The notes: generated by a model from the letters alone, not told the origin. DNA of 64,000 bases from an uncultured archaeon (GCA_964584335.1 CAZOZN010000002.1:2974-66973); one strand, 5' to 3'. Shown: positions 38,621 through 49,442, numbered from the stretch's first letter. Made by a program: numbers and translations.

Positions 38621-38657
38621 TTAGTTTTATATTTGGCTGAAACAAAAATTAATTGGT

Positions 38658-40055
38658 GTGAGGGTGTACAAAAAAGCTGTTTTTTACTTGGGAATAGCAT
38701 TAATATTTTCAATATTTATTTCTCCATTTTCACTTGCAGATATAAATGTCGATTTGAAGACCGACAACCTTTACCTTTCTCCTGGTTCCTATCTGTTACA
38801 AATAGAAGGAGAGGAGGGTGAAGACTACGGAGTAACTTCAATAGGTCCTTACAGAAGCTGGGTGTTATTCGAGAATGACTACGTCTCAACAAAAAATGGA
38901 AAAGGAGAAGTAAATTTTTCAATATATTTGCCTGAAAAAGCAAAGGCGGGTTCTTATAAATTTCCTATACTAGTTTACAAAATGTCTAACAGCTCGGTAT
39001 ACTCCATAGAAAATTACAAGCTTATAATAGAAGAAAAAACAGAAGCAAAAATAATGGATTTAGAAATAAACAAAGACTCTTTCAGTCCTGGAGATAAAAT
39101 AAAAATAAACACAACATTGAAAAACACAGGAACGTCCGACCTTGAAGAATTGAATTTATTAATAGAATATCAGGGACCTGATTTTTATGAGAAAGAAGAA
39201 AAAACGTTTTCTCTGTACGTAGAAGAAGAAAAAAGTTTTGATGAAGACTTTGAAACATCTATAAATCAAAACCCGGGAGAATATAAGATATTAACTACTA
39301 TGTCTAAGTTTGGTAAAAAATTGGACTCAAAAACAAGAATATTTGAAATACAAGAAATCGGTAAAATAAAGAAAACCCATGAATCATCTTGGAGAGTATT
39401 GCAAGAATCAGGAGAATTTAGACTAGAAAACACAGGAAATATAGAAAAAGAAGAAGAAATACAGATGGAAATAACAAAACCATGGGATTGGTTTATATTC
39501 TTCTCAGAAATGCCAGTCATAAAAGACGAAGGAACAAAGATGTCTTACTCTTGGAAAATGAGTTTAAAACCGGGAGAATCAAAGAACATAAGTTATAACA
39601 TTCATTATTGGCCATTCGTAATAATAGCAATAGTTCTTATATACGGAATTTATTTAGCATCAAAACAAATAAGAAAACCGAACATAAAAAAACATTCTAT
39701 AGAAACCAAAGTTTTAGACGATGACAGAAAAGAAATAATGGTTGCAATAGAAATAAAGACTTGCGGAAAGAAGATGAAAGATGTCGTAATAAAGGACAGG
39801 ATACCGCCGATGGGTAATGTAATTAAAAAATATTTCAAAACCATAAAACCCACAGTAAGTAAACAAGATAACGGCACAATTTTAAGATGGAAAATAAAGA
39901 ACCTAGAAAAAAATGAAAATATAATACTAACATATAAATTCAGGACATCAATTGGAACCACTGATTATATAAAATTGCCAAAAGCTGTTCTAAGTGCTAA
40001 AATAAACAAAGTATATACGGAATATTTCTCAAATTCTCTTAAAATAAAAGAATGA
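38658..40055 (+). CDS. Secreted/membrane protein with Ig-like (CARDB-like) domains and an internal TM
   Basis: Signal peptide, LKNTG/LENTG strands, TM near residue 320; start uncertain. Confidence 0.7.
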   Translation: MRVYKKAVFYLGIALIFSIFISPFSLADINVDLKTDNLYLSPGSYLLQIEGEEGEDYGVTSIGPYRSWVLFENDYVSTKNGKGEVNFSIYLPEKAKAGSYKFPILVYKMSNSSVYSIENYKLIIEEKTEAKIMDLEINKDSFSPGDKIKINTTLKNTGTSDLEELNLLIEYQGPDFYEKEEKTFSLYVEEEKSFDEDFETSINQNPGEYKILTTMSKFGKKLDSKTRIFEIQEIGKIKKTHESSWRVLQESGEFRLENTGNIEKEEEIQMEITKPWDWFIFFSEMPVIKDEGTKMSYSWKMSLKPGESKNISYNIHYWPFVIIAIVLIYGIYLASKQIRKPNIKKHSIETKVLDDDRKEIMVAIEIKTCGKKMKDVVIKDRIPPMGNVIKKYFKTIKPTVSKQDNGTILRWKIKNLEKNENIILTYKFRTSIGTTDYIKLPKAVLSAKINKVYTEYFSNSLKIKE

Positions 40056-40091
40056 AATTTTTATATACTTTAATGTTAAATTATTCTTAAT

Positions 40092-40214
40092 CCCCGGATA
40101 GCTCAGCGGTAGAGCGGTCGGCTGTAGACTCATACTAAAAGTATTAGTTGAATAGCAATCGTTCAAAAAGCAGGAACCGACAGGTCCTGTGTTCGAATCA
40201 CAGTCCGGGGACCA
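40092..40214 (+). tRNA. tRNA-Tyr(GTA) with a 48-nt canonical intron (40128-40175)
   Basis: CCCCGGA/TCCGGGG, GTCGG-CT-GTA-G[intron]A-CCGAC; central helix CTGT/GCAG. Confidence 0.92.
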
Positions 40215-40330
40215 AAATTATAATTATAAATAACTACAAAAAAGTAAAAAATCGACTGTTTTCTTTATGACGAAATCTGAGAGGTGCCCAATAAAGGCTC
40301 TAGATGGTAAATAAGAGTATATTTAAACTA

Positions 40331-40349
40331 ACCGAAAGCTTTTTAAAGG
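40331..40349 (+). promoter_or_regulatory. BRE-TATA promoter of 5S rRNA
   Basis: ACCGAAAGC-TTTTTAAAGG about 20 bp upstream of 5S. Confidence 0.6.
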
Positions 40350-40366
40350 TTTTCATACTAATAGTA

Positions 40367-40487
<121 letters not shown>

Positions 40488-40599
40488 AATAAATCATGTT
40501 CACTTGGGGTCGATAAGATTTTAATGAAAAAAATTAGCCTGTTAGAATTACCTATTTAAAGCTTTATAACTAACATTTAGAGTTAACTATTAAAAATTT

Positions 40600-40698
40600 G
40601 CCCCGGTAGTGTAGCGGTCTAGCATACGGCCCTGTCGGGACCCTCAGTAAAGTTGCGGTAAGGCTGTGACCCGGGTTCGAATCCCGGCTGGGGCGCCA
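40600..40698 (+). tRNA. tRNA-Asp(GTC) with a 23-nt canonical intron (40638-40660)
   Basis: CGGCC-CT-GTC-G[intron]A-GGCTG; BHB with CTGT/GCGG and GAC/GTT. Confidence 0.93.
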
Positions 40699-40704
40699 AA
40701 GATT

Positions 40705-40793
40705 GGGCCTATAGCTCAGCCTGGTAGAGCACCGGCCTTTTAACATTAGAGGAAAGCCGGGTGTCGAGGGTTCGAATCCCTCTGGGCCCGCCA
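40705..40793 (+). tRNA. tRNA-Lys(TTT) with a 12-nt canonical intron (40743-40754)
   Basis: CCGGC-CT-TTT-A[ACATTAGAGGAA]A-GCCGG. Confidence 0.93.
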
Positions 40794-40818
40794 GAAGTCT
40801 TTAACAGTTGGTGTGAAA

Positions 40819-41100
40819 ATGTCAAAAAGTGAAAAAAATAAAATCGAAAAGGAAGAAAGCACTGAAAAAGAATTCAAACTAACAGACCATTTTCTAGTAC
40901 CTAAACATGAAATAATAACAAAGGAAGGAAAAGAAAAAATACTTGATAAGTTAAACGTAAGTGAAAAACAAATACCTGTAATACTAAAATCTGATCCAAT
41001 AGTAAAAGAAATAAAAGCAAAACCCGGCGACATGATAAGAATAACAAGAAAAAGCCAGGTTTCCGGTCAAATAGAATATTACAGAATTGTTTCGAAGTAG
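40819..41100 (+). CDS. rpoH: RNA polymerase subunit H (Rpo5)
   Basis: HFLVPKHE, DP, GDMIRITRKS, YYR. Confidence 0.97.
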   Translation: MSKSEKNKIEKEESTEKEFKLTDHFLVPKHEIITKEGKEKILDKLNVSEKQIPVILKSDPIVKEIKAKPGDMIRITRKSQVSGQIEYYRIVSK

Positions 41101-41107
41101 TGATTTT

Positions 41108-42580
41108 ATGGAAAATTTTAAAATTCTATTAAAAAAGTTTGTAGAAGAAAGAGGTCTAGTTAAATTTCAGATAGAAAGCTATAACAATTTCGTAGAAAGC
41201 AAGCTTCAAAAAATATTTGATGAAATAGGAGAAATAAAACCAGAAAGTGATAGGTTAAGGGAATTTAAGGTAAAGCTAGGTTCGGTAAGGCTTGGCGTAC
41301 CAAGTGTAAAAGAATCAGACGGGTCAATGAGAGAAATACTTCCAGCAGAAGCAAGGCTTAGAAATCTGACATATTCTGCTCCGCTTTTCCTAGAAATGAC
41401 ACCTGTAATCGGAAATAACGAACAGGAAACAAGCGAAGTAAAAATAGGTAACATACCAATAATGCTAAAAAGTAACTTATGCCCGTTAAAAAAAATGAAC
41501 AGAGAGGAATTAATTAAAGCCAAGGAAGACCCAGATGAACCAGGCGGGTACTTTATAATAAACGGAACTGAAAGAGTATTAACATTAATAGAAGAAATTA
41601 CACCCAACAAAGTTATTCTAGAAATGAAAAAAGGAGAGGCGAACGGGAGAATAACAAGCGAAAGAAGGGGTTGGGGACAAAAACACAATCTTATTAGAAA
41701 AAAAGACGGTATACTAGAAATATCCTTTGCTAGCCTAAAAGGATTTTCTCTTATAGTTTTACTAAGAGCTTTGGGTCTTAGCAGCGACAAAGAGATAATA
41801 GAAACAATAAATGCAAAAGAAGAATACAATGAAGAACTTTATGTTAATATATATGAAACAGACATAAGTAGCACCGAAGAAGCACTTGAATATATAGGAA
41901 AGAAAATGAAAGTTTTTCAAAAAGAATATAGAAAAGAAAGAGCTGAACAAATAATAGATAAATATTTACTTCCTCATATAGGTCAGGAACCCGAAGATAG
42001 AATAAAGAAGTCAAAATATTTATCAAGAATAGGTTTAAATCTCATAAAGCTTGCCCACGGTGAAATAGAAGAAGATGATATAGACCATTACAGCAACAAA
42101 AGACTAAAAACTGCCGGAGATTTAATGGAAATACTTATAAGAAGCATACTTTTAGGTAAGTGGGGATTAATAGAAAGGATAAATTATAACTATAAAAAAA
42201 TTGCAAAGAGAGGTAAAATACCTTCTGTATCCACGGTTGTAGAAAGTAACGTATTGACTAGCCAAATAAACTCATCATTGGCTACAGGAATGTGGGTAGG
42301 AGGAAGAACCGGTGTTAGCCAGAGACTGGAAAGAACAAATTTCACTAGGTCTTTGGCACACTTAAGAAACATAATATCACCTCTATCAACGACACAAGAA
42401 CATTTTAAGGCAAGAGAATTGCATTCAACACACTGGGGCAGAATCGATCCATCGGAAACCCCAGAAGGTCCTACAATAGGATTGAGAAAATACATGGCAA
42501 TGATGGCAGAAATAACAAATGGCATCGACCCTGAAAAAAGTGAATTGATAATTAAAAATTTAAAAACAAAAATAAGTTGA
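41108..42580 (+). CDS. rpoB2: RNA polymerase subunit B'' (Rpo2N)
   Basis: ARLRNLTYSAP, GGYFIING, ARELHSTHWG, ETPEG. Confidence 0.97.
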   Translation: MENFKILLKKFVEERGLVKFQIESYNNFVESKLQKIFDEIGEIKPESDRLREFKVKLGSVRLGVPSVKESDGSMREILPAEARLRNLTYSAPLFLEMTPVIGNNEQETSEVKIGNIPIMLKSNLCPLKKMNREELIKAKEDPDEPGGYFIINGTERVLTLIEEITPNKVILEMKKGEANGRITSERRGWGQKHNLIRKKDGILEISFASLKGFSLIVLLRALGLSSDKEIIETINAKEEYNEELYVNIYETDISSTEEALEYIGKKMKVFQKEYRKERAEQIIDKYLLPHIGQEPEDRIKKSKYLSRIGLNLIKLAHGEIEEDDIDHYSNKRLKTAGDLMEILIRSILLGKWGLIERINYNYKKIAKRGKIPSVSTVVESNVLTSQINSSLATGMWVGGRTGVSQRLERTNFTRSLAHLRNIISPLSTTQEHFKARELHSTHWGRIDPSETPEGPTIGLRKYMAMMAEITNGIDPEKSELIIKNLKTKIS

Positions 42581-42585
42581 TATCT

Positions 42586-44376
42586 ATGACTAATGTATTT
42601 TTAAACTGGTCTTTAATTGGTGAAGTAAAAACCCCAAAGAGTCTTGTGAATGAGATAAGAAAAAAAAGAAGAACTGGGAAAATATCAAAAGAAGTTAACG
42701 TATCTTACGACGAAGAACTTGATGAAGTAATAATAAATAACAGTGGCGGCAGAATTAGAAGACCGTTAATAGTAGTAAAAAACGGCACATCTTTGTTGAA
42801 GAAGAGTCATTTAAAGGACCTAGAATCAGGTAAAATAACATTTGAAGATTTGATTAAGAATGGTATAATAGAATATCTTGACTGTGACGAAGAAGAAGAC
42901 TCTTACATAGCACTTTGGCCAGAGGACTTAACAAAAGAACACACACATCTTGAAATAAATCCACTTATAATGTTTGGCTTATCTTCTTCCTTAATACCCT
43001 ACGGAGAATATGACCGTGGTGACAGGGTAAATTTTGGTGCAAAAATGATTGGTCAAAGTCTAGGATTTTATAGTTCAAGTTTTAGAAAAAGAACAGACAC
43101 AAAATCAAACATACTGCTTTACCCGCAAGTTCCTCTTGTAACTTCATCTACTTACGATATATTTGACTTAGACAAACACCCATCAGGACAAAATGTTGTA
43201 ATAGCACTTCTGACATACGGCGGTTACAACATAGAAGACGCTGTAATAGTAAACAAGGGGAGTATAGAAAGAGGTCTTGGGAGGTCTTTCTTCTTCCGCA
43301 CATACAATATAGAAGAAACAAGGTACGGAGGAGGTCAAATAGACGAGATAAAGATACCAGAAAAAGATGTAAGGGGTTACAGGTCAGAGAGTGCATATTC
43401 TATGTTATCGGAGGATGGTTTAATACATCCAGAAAGAAACGTAGCGGATGGAAGTGTTCTTGTAGGAAAAACTTCACCTCTAAGATTTCTTAACAGAGGA
43501 GAATTCTTAACTGGAATACAAAACAGAAGAGAAACCTCACTCGTATTGAGACATGGAGAAAAAGGAAAGGTAGATAAAGTTTTAATATCAGAAACAAACA
43601 ATGGTGACAAAACGGTAAAGGTTACTGTTAGAGATTTGAGAGTACCTGAACTGGGAGATAAATTTGCATCAAGGCATGGTCAGAAAGGAGTTATAGGTTT
43701 AATAAGACCTGAAGAAGATATGCCTTTCACATCAGGAGGAATAACACCAGATATAATAATGAATCCTCATTCAATTCCATCGAGGCTTACGGTAGGGCAG
43801 CTTCTGGAAATGATATCAGGAAAAGTGGCCGCACTAGAAGGCAGGAAAACAAACGCTACAATGTTTAATGGAGAAAAAGAAGAAGACCTGAGAAAAACAC
43901 TGAAAAAAGCTGGATTCAAGGAAGATGGAAAAGAAATATTATACAACGGTATTACCGGAGAAAAGATGGAAGTAGAGATATATGTAGGTATGATATACTA
44001 TCAAAAACTTGAACATATGGTAGCAAACAAAATACATGCCAGGTCAAGAGGTCCGGTAACGCTTCTAACAAAACAACCCACAGAAGGTAGAGCCAACGAG
44101 GGTGGTCTGAGATTCGGAGAAATGGAAAAAGACTGTCTGATGGCACACGGAACTCCTCTACTTTTGAAGGAAAGATTTTCATCAGACGACTCGATAATAC
44201 CTGTATGTGAAAAATGCGGAGGCGTAGCTGTTTATGATTGGAGAAAAAACAAACACTTCTGTCCCCTATGCAAGAAAACCAAGATAAAAGAAATAAAAAT
44301 GAGTTATGCTTTCAAGCTTATGTTAGATGAATTAAAATCTCTTATGATAATGCCAAAATTATATGTAGGTGAATAA
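42586..44376 (+). CDS. rpoB1: RNA polymerase subunit B' (Rpo2C)
   Basis: GYNIEDA, GDKFASRHGQKG, GGLRFGEME. Confidence 0.98.
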   Translation: MTNVFLNWSLIGEVKTPKSLVNEIRKKRRTGKISKEVNVSYDEELDEVIINNSGGRIRRPLIVVKNGTSLLKKSHLKDLESGKITFEDLIKNGIIEYLDCDEEEDSYIALWPEDLTKEHTHLEINPLIMFGLSSSLIPYGEYDRGDRVNFGAKMIGQSLGFYSSSFRKRTDTKSNILLYPQVPLVTSSTYDIFDLDKHPSGQNVVIALLTYGGYNIEDAVIVNKGSIERGLGRSFFFRTYNIEETRYGGGQIDEIKIPEKDVRGYRSESAYSMLSEDGLIHPERNVADGSVLVGKTSPLRFLNRGEFLTGIQNRRETSLVLRHGEKGKVDKVLISETNNGDKTVKVTVRDLRVPELGDKFASRHGQKGVIGLIRPEEDMPFTSGGITPDIIMNPHSIPSRLTVGQLLEMISGKVAALEGRKTNATMFNGEKEEDLRKTLKKAGFKEDGKEILYNGITGEKMEVEIYVGMIYYQKLEHMVANKIHARSRGPVTLLTKQPTEGRANEGGLRFGEMEKDCLMAHGTPLLLKERFSSDDSIIPVCEKCGGVAVYDWRKNKHFCPLCKKTKIKEIKMSYAFKLMLDELKSLMIMPKLYVGE

Positions 44377-44377
44377 A

Positions 44378-46906
44378 ATGATAGAAAAGGTAAAAGCAAT
44401 TGGATTTGGTCTTCTGTCCCCTAAAGTATTGAGAAAAATATCTACGGTAGAAATAAACAGATACGACCTTTACGACAGAGACGGCTATCCTGTAGAAGGA
44501 GGTATAATGGACTCAAGGCTTGGTGTTGTAGACCCTGGAATGAGATGCAAGATATGCGGCGGCGGTGTAGGAACTTGTATGGGACATTTTGGTTATATAG
44601 AATTAGCAAGACCTGTTATTCATGTGAGATATGTAAAAACTATTTACAAATTACTAAGAGCAACCTGCCAGGATTGTGGAAGGGTTCTAGAGTCAAAAGA
44701 AGATGTAAAACTAAGAAAAAGACCTCTTTATGAACTTTATTTGGCAAAGAAAAAGAAATGCCCGCATTGCGGAGCAGAACAGGAACCAATAAGGCTAAAC
44801 AAGCCATATAATTTTACAATAGACAAGAAACCACTCACGCCTCTTAGAATAAGAGAATGGATGGAAAAAATAAACGATAAAGACCTAAAGCTTTTAGATA
44901 TGAACGGGGGGAGGCCAGAATGGCTTATAATTACAATTCTACCAGTACCTCCGGTAACAGTAAGACCTTCAATAACACTTGAAACTGGAGAAAGGTCGGA
45001 AGACGATTTGACACATAAGCTAGTTGATATTATAAGAATAAACGGAAGGTTAAAAGACAACATAACAATAGGTGCTCCTGATTTCATAATAGACGATTTG
45101 TGGGAGTTGCTTCAATATCATGTATCAACTTTATTCAACAACAATCTTTCAGGCGTGCCTCAAGCAAGGCATAGAAGTGGAAGAGCACTCAGGACACTAT
45201 CACAAAGACTAAAAGGAAAAGAAGGCAGGTTCAGGAATAATCTATCTGGGAAAAGAGTTAACTTTTCTTCAAGGACTGTAATATCTCCGGACCCAAACAT
45301 AAGTATAAACGAAGTGGGGGTTCCAATAAAAATAGCAAAGGAACTTACAGTACCGATAACTGTAAATGACAGAAACATTTCCACTCTAAGAGCTATGATA
45401 AGAAGAGGTCCTGATGCTATAGACGGAGCTAATTATGTAGTAAGGCCTGACAAAAGAAAGAAGAAAATAACAAGTGAAAATTGCGATGAGATAGCAGAGG
45501 AAATAGAAAAAGGCTATATTGTAGAGAGGCATTTGAAGGATGGTGATGTTGTAATATTTAACAGACAACCATCTTTGCACAGAATGAGTATAATGGCACA
45601 TAAAGTCAGGTTAACTCCATGGAGAACGTTTACATTGAACCTGTGTGATTGTGCACCTTATAACGCAGACTTTGACGGAGATGAAATGAACCTTCATGTA
45701 CCGCAAACCGTAGAAGCTTCAACAGAGGCAGAAATGTTGATGCTCGCAGAAAAAAATATAAGAAGTCCCAGATTCGGTGGCCCTATAATAGGATGTATAG
45801 AAGACCATGTATCGGGAAATTACATGCTTACCAAAAAATCAACAAAAATAAACAAAGAAGATGCAATACAATTACTCTCAAACATAGGAGTAGAAGTAAA
45901 AATTAAAAAAGAAATATCAGGAAAAGAATTGTTCAGCCATCTTTTACCAAAAGACCTTAACATAAAATTCAAGAGCAACGGTTGTAAAGGTTGTGATAAG
46001 TGTGAAAAAGAGAAATGCCCCTACGACCTTTTTGTTTCAATAAAAAATGGTAAACTAAAAACAGGTGTAATAGATTCAAAGTCGTTAGGAAAAGAAAAGG
46101 GATTGCTTTTAGACTACATAGAAAGAAATTATGGAAGCGAAGAAACAAGAATTTTCTTGGACAGGGTTTCCAAATTAGGAATAACTTTCCTAATGAGCAA
46201 AGGATTTACTATAGGTATATCAGACCAAGATATACCAAAAGAAGCAAAGAAAAAAATAAACAAAGTTGTTAAGGATGTAGAAAAAGAATGTATGGATTTA
46301 ATAGAAAAATACAGAAAAAAAGAATTAGAACACTTGCCTGGACAAACTCTTAAAGAAAGTCTTGAAACTTACATCATGAAAGCATTAAGAAAGGTTGTAG
46401 ACAAGGCTTCCGATGTAATATCAGACACTCTCTCTGAAAACTGCGCTGTTATAATGGCAAAATCAGGAGCAAGAGGCAGCATGTTGAATCTTACTCAGCT
46501 GGCAGGTTGTATAGGACAACAAACGCTTCAAGGAGAAAGAATACACAGGGGATATAAAAAGAGAACCCTGCCTCACTTCAAGAAAGGAGAACTTTCTCCG
46601 CAATCAAGAGGATTCGTGCCAACATCATTCAAAGACGGTTTAAATCCGTTCGAATTTTTCTTTAATGCAATGAATGGAAGAGAAGGTCTTATGGATAAAT
46701 CACTTAGAACAAGAAAATCTGGTTACATGGAAAGAAGACTCGTTAACGCTCTGCAGGACTTGAAGATAGAATATGACTACACAGTAAGAGACGATTGGGG
46801 AAGAATAGTACAGTTCCATGTAGCAGAAGATGGTTTGGATCCCTCAAAAACAGAATGGGGTTCATTAAATATAAGAAAAATAATTGAATCTGAGATGGGT
46901 GATTAA
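44378..46906 (+). CDS. rpoA1: RNA polymerase subunit A' (Rpo1N)
   Basis: Catalytic NADFDGD, NRQPSLH. Confidence 0.99.
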   Translation: MIEKVKAIGFGLLSPKVLRKISTVEINRYDLYDRDGYPVEGGIMDSRLGVVDPGMRCKICGGGVGTCMGHFGYIELARPVIHVRYVKTIYKLLRATCQDCGRVLESKEDVKLRKRPLYELYLAKKKKCPHCGAEQEPIRLNKPYNFTIDKKPLTPLRIREWMEKINDKDLKLLDMNGGRPEWLIITILPVPPVTVRPSITLETGERSEDDLTHKLVDIIRINGRLKDNITIGAPDFIIDDLWELLQYHVSTLFNNNLSGVPQARHRSGRALRTLSQRLKGKEGRFRNNLSGKRVNFSSRTVISPDPNISINEVGVPIKIAKELTVPITVNDRNISTLRAMIRRGPDAIDGANYVVRPDKRKKKITSENCDEIAEEIEKGYIVERHLKDGDVVIFNRQPSLHRMSIMAHKVRLTPWRTFTLNLCDCAPYNADFDGDEMNLHVPQTVEASTEAEMLMLAEKNIRSPRFGGPIIGCIEDHVSGNYMLTKKSTKINKEDAIQLLSNIGVEVKIKKEISGKELFSHLLPKDLNIKFKSNGCKGCDKCEKEKCPYDLFVSIKNGKLKTGVIDSKSLGKEKGLLLDYIERNYGSEETRIFLDRVSKLGITFLMSKGFTIGISDQDIPKEAKKKINKVVKDVEKECMDLIEKYRKKELEHLPGQTLKESLETYIMKALRKVVDKASDVISDTLSENCAVIMAKSGARGSMLNLTQLAGCIGQQTLQGERIHRGYKKRTLPHFKKGELSPQSRGFVPTSFKDGLNPFEFFFNAMNGREGLMDKSLRTRKSGYMERRLVNALQDLKIEYDYTVRDDWGRIVQFHVAEDGLDPSKTEWGSLNIRKIIESEMGD

Positions 46907-48046
46907 ATGAATTATAAAGAAATCATATCAAAATCTATTTTATCTGAAAAAATGAAAGAAGAAACAGAAAGTTATTTCAATGAATATAAACCAACTGAAA
47001 AACAAGCAAAAGATATAATGGAGAAAATAGAAAAAAACTACAAAAAAATGAAATATGTTCCAGGAGAGGCGGTTGGTATTATAGCAGCACAATCGATATC
47101 AGAACCTGCCACTCAGATGACTATGCGTACATACCACACGGCTGGTTCTGTGGTTAAACAGGTTTCTTTGGGTCTTCCCAGATTAATAGAAATAGTAGAT
47201 GCCAGAAGGGAAGCCAAAACACCTATAATGCAAATATACCTAAAAGAAGAAAACAATACAAAGGAAAACGCTAAAAAAATAGCAAAAAAGATAAAGGAAA
47301 CCAAAATCAAAAGCATAATAATAGAAGACATAATAGATTTGGTAAATTTGGTAATAGAAATAAAGGTTGATGATAAAAAATTAAAAGACTTGGAAATAGA
47401 ATTAGAAGAAATAAAGAACATAATAAACAAGAAAATAAAAAATTACGAAGTAAATATAGAAAAGAATAAAATAGAGTTAAAGTCGAAAAAAGAAAACGTA
47501 ACGATAAAAGACCTTCAAAAAACTAAGCTTAAATTATTTGACATAAGATTAAGAGGAATATCAGGCATAGAACAGGCAATGGTAACGAAAGAAAGTAGTG
47601 AATGGGTAATAACTACCATAGGCTCAAATATTAAGAAAACTATAAAGATAGAAGGAATAGATAAAGGAAGATTATATTCAAATAATATAAAAGAAATAGA
47701 AAAACTTTTTGGAATAGAGGCCGCAAGAAATGCAATAATAAAAGAATCCTGCGATACACTTGCAGACCAAGGTTTGTCAGTTGACCCCAGACATATCATA
47801 CTTGTTGGTGATATCATGACTATAACAGGAAAGATAATGGCAATAGGAAGATACGGTATAGCAGGAAATAAAAGGTCTGTCTTGGCAAGAGCTAACTTCG
47901 AGACTACAGTAAAGCATTTGACAGAAGCTGCGGTTAGTGGTAATATAGATCACATGGATTCAATAATAGAAAACATACTAATAAACCAAGTACCTCCTAT
48001 AGGAACCTGCATATGCGACACTACATTTAAATCTAAAAAGAGTTGA
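46907..48046 (+). CDS. rpoA2: RNA polymerase subunit A'' (Rpo1C)
   Basis: [34 protein letters not shown]. Confidence 0.98.
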   Translation: MNYKEIISKSILSEKMKEETESYFNEYKPTEKQAKDIMEKIEKNYKKMKYVPGEAVGIIAAQSISEPATQMTMRTYHTAGSVVKQVSLGLPRLIEIVDARREAKTPIMQIYLKEENNTKENAKKIAKKIKETKIKSIIIEDIIDLVNLVIEIKVDDKKLKDLEIELEEIKNIINKKIKNYEVNIEKNKIELKSKKENVTIKDLQKTKLKLFDIRLRGISGIEQAMVTKESSEWVITTIGSNIKKTIKIEGIDKGRLYSNNIKEIEKLFGIEAARNAIIKESCDTLADQGLSVDPRHIILVGDIMTITGKIMAIGRYGIAGNKRSVLARANFETTVKHLTEAAVSGNIDHMDSIIENILINQVPPIGTCICDTTFKSKKS

Positions 48047-48050
48047 TTTT

Positions 48051-48299
48051 ATGGACAAAATAAATGAAAATGAAATAAAAAAATTTATAAAGGAAAGGGA
48101 GTATCTGTGCGGTTATAAGCAGGCAAAAAAGGCGCTAAAAGACGGTAAAGCGGAAAAAATAATAATTGCAGGTAAGAGTATCGGTAAAGAGGAATTTAAA
48201 GATTCTTTAATATTCGAAGGTAATTCTAAACAACTTGGGATAGCATGCAACAAACCATTCAGCATTTCAGTATTAACAATTTTAAAAGAAAGTAGATAA
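48051..48299 (+). CDS. rpl30e: Ribosomal protein eL30
   Basis: Position after rpoA''; GNSKQLGIACNKPFSIS. Confidence 0.88.
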   Translation: MDKINENEIKKFIKEREYLCGYKQAKKALKDGKAEKIIIAGKSIGKEEFKDSLIFEGNSKQLGIACNKPFSISVLTILKESR

Positions 48300-48300
48300 T

Positions 48301-48705
48301 ATGATAAAAAGTTTCGACATGCAAACAATTGGTCTAATAAACACTTTTGAAAAAAATACAAAAGTATCTGTACTTGATTGTATATTCGATGAAAAGAATA
48401 TATATTTTCTTGTGGAGTTTGGCAAAGCCGGTAAAGCTATAGGAAAAAATGGAAAAAACATAAAAAAAATGCAAAATAGCTTAAAAAAGCAAATAAAGGT
48501 ATTCGAGTATAACAAAAAACCAAAAAAGTTCATAGAGAACATGATACCAAACAGCTCAGTAGAAATAAAAGATTCAGCAAAAGCATCGGTAAAAATAGAC
48601 CCAAAAGAAAAAGGAAAAATAATAGGAAGAATGGGTTGTAATATAAACAAAATAAGAGAACTATTGAAAAGAAATTCAGAAATAAAGACACTTGAAATAA
48701 AGTAA
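48301..48705 (+). CDS. nusA: Archaeal NusA
   Basis: Two KH motifs AIGKNG and IIGRMG. Confidence 0.92.
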   Translation: MIKSFDMQTIGLINTFEKNTKVSVLDCIFDEKNIYFLVEFGKAGKAIGKNGKNIKKMQNSLKKQIKVFEYNKKPKKFIENMIPNSSVEIKDSAKASVKIDPKEKGKIIGRMGCNINKIRELLKRNSEIKTLEIK

Positions 48706-48745
48706 TATTTTAATATATTCTTATAAAAATAGTATAGAAATAATT

Positions 48746-48904
48746 GGGCCCATAGCTCAGCCTGGTAGAGCACTCGGCTCTTAACCGAGTTGTCGAGGGT
48801 TCGAATGAGCCTTTCTTCAAAAGAAAGCCTCAAGGGAAAGAACTTGGAAAACTCTCTGAGTTTTCCCATGCTTAAATCCTAAGAAAATCCCTCTGGGCCC
48901 GCCA
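48746..48904 (+). tRNA. tRNA-Lys(CTT) with an 82-nt T-loop intron (59/60; 48806-48887)
   Basis: CTCGG-CT-CTT-AA-CCGAG; GAGGG-TTCGAA[intron]T-CCCTC; CCA. Confidence 0.9.
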
Positions 48905-48908
48905 TTTT

Positions 48909-49442
48909 TCAAAATTCAAACTCTTCTAGCTGACAATTGCATATATCAAGGTTCCATATTTCTTGGTCAGAAAGTTTCTTTAAAAAACCAATTATTATCT
49001 TAATTGGTTCACCATGTGAAACCAAGAGAACATTTTCATAATTCGAATTCTTCAAATGCTCTAGGAAAGAAAAAACTCTTTCTTTTTCTTCATGGAAAGA
49101 TTCACCATCTCCAATTTTCATATCGAAAACATCTTCCTCAACAGATTTAATAAACTTACTGTATGGTTTTCCTTCCATACCCGTATTTCTATCATCCAAT
49201 CTGGCATCGACTTTAATTGGAGAATCATGATAAATATTGATAAAATCTGCGGTTTCTCTTGTTCTGGGCAAACGAGATACAAAAATAACATCTATCTTTT
49301 TTTCTTTTAATTTCTCAGCAACATCTTTTGCCTGAGATATGCCAAGTTTTGTTAAGTGAACGTCTTTAGATGGGTCAGAATTAACCAAATCCTTTTCTGC
49401 GTTATAATTGGTCTGGCCATGTCTTACAAAATACAATTTCAT
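48909..49442 (-). CDS. Histidine phosphatase family protein
   Basis: FVRHGQT, VSHG. Confidence 0.93.
   Translation of the reverse strand: MKLYFVRHGQTNYNAEKDLVNSDPSKDVHLTKLGISQAKDVAEKLKEKKIDVIFVSRLPRTRETADFINIYHDSPIKVDARLDDRNTGMEGKPYSKFIKSVEEDVFDMKIGDGESFHEEKERVFSFLEHLKNSNYENVLLVSHGEPIKIIIGFLKKLSDQEIWNLDICNCQLEEFEF

Noticed and set aside
40250-40310. Possible C/D sRNA (ATGACGA, CTGA, GAGGTGCC)
   Set aside because: The boxes are only 3 nt apart and the rRNA complementarity is about 8 nt, within chance.
41108-48046. Inteins or frameshifts in RNA polymerase genes
   Set aside because: Subunit sizes are normal; B''/B' and A'/A'' splits are known archaeal arrangements.
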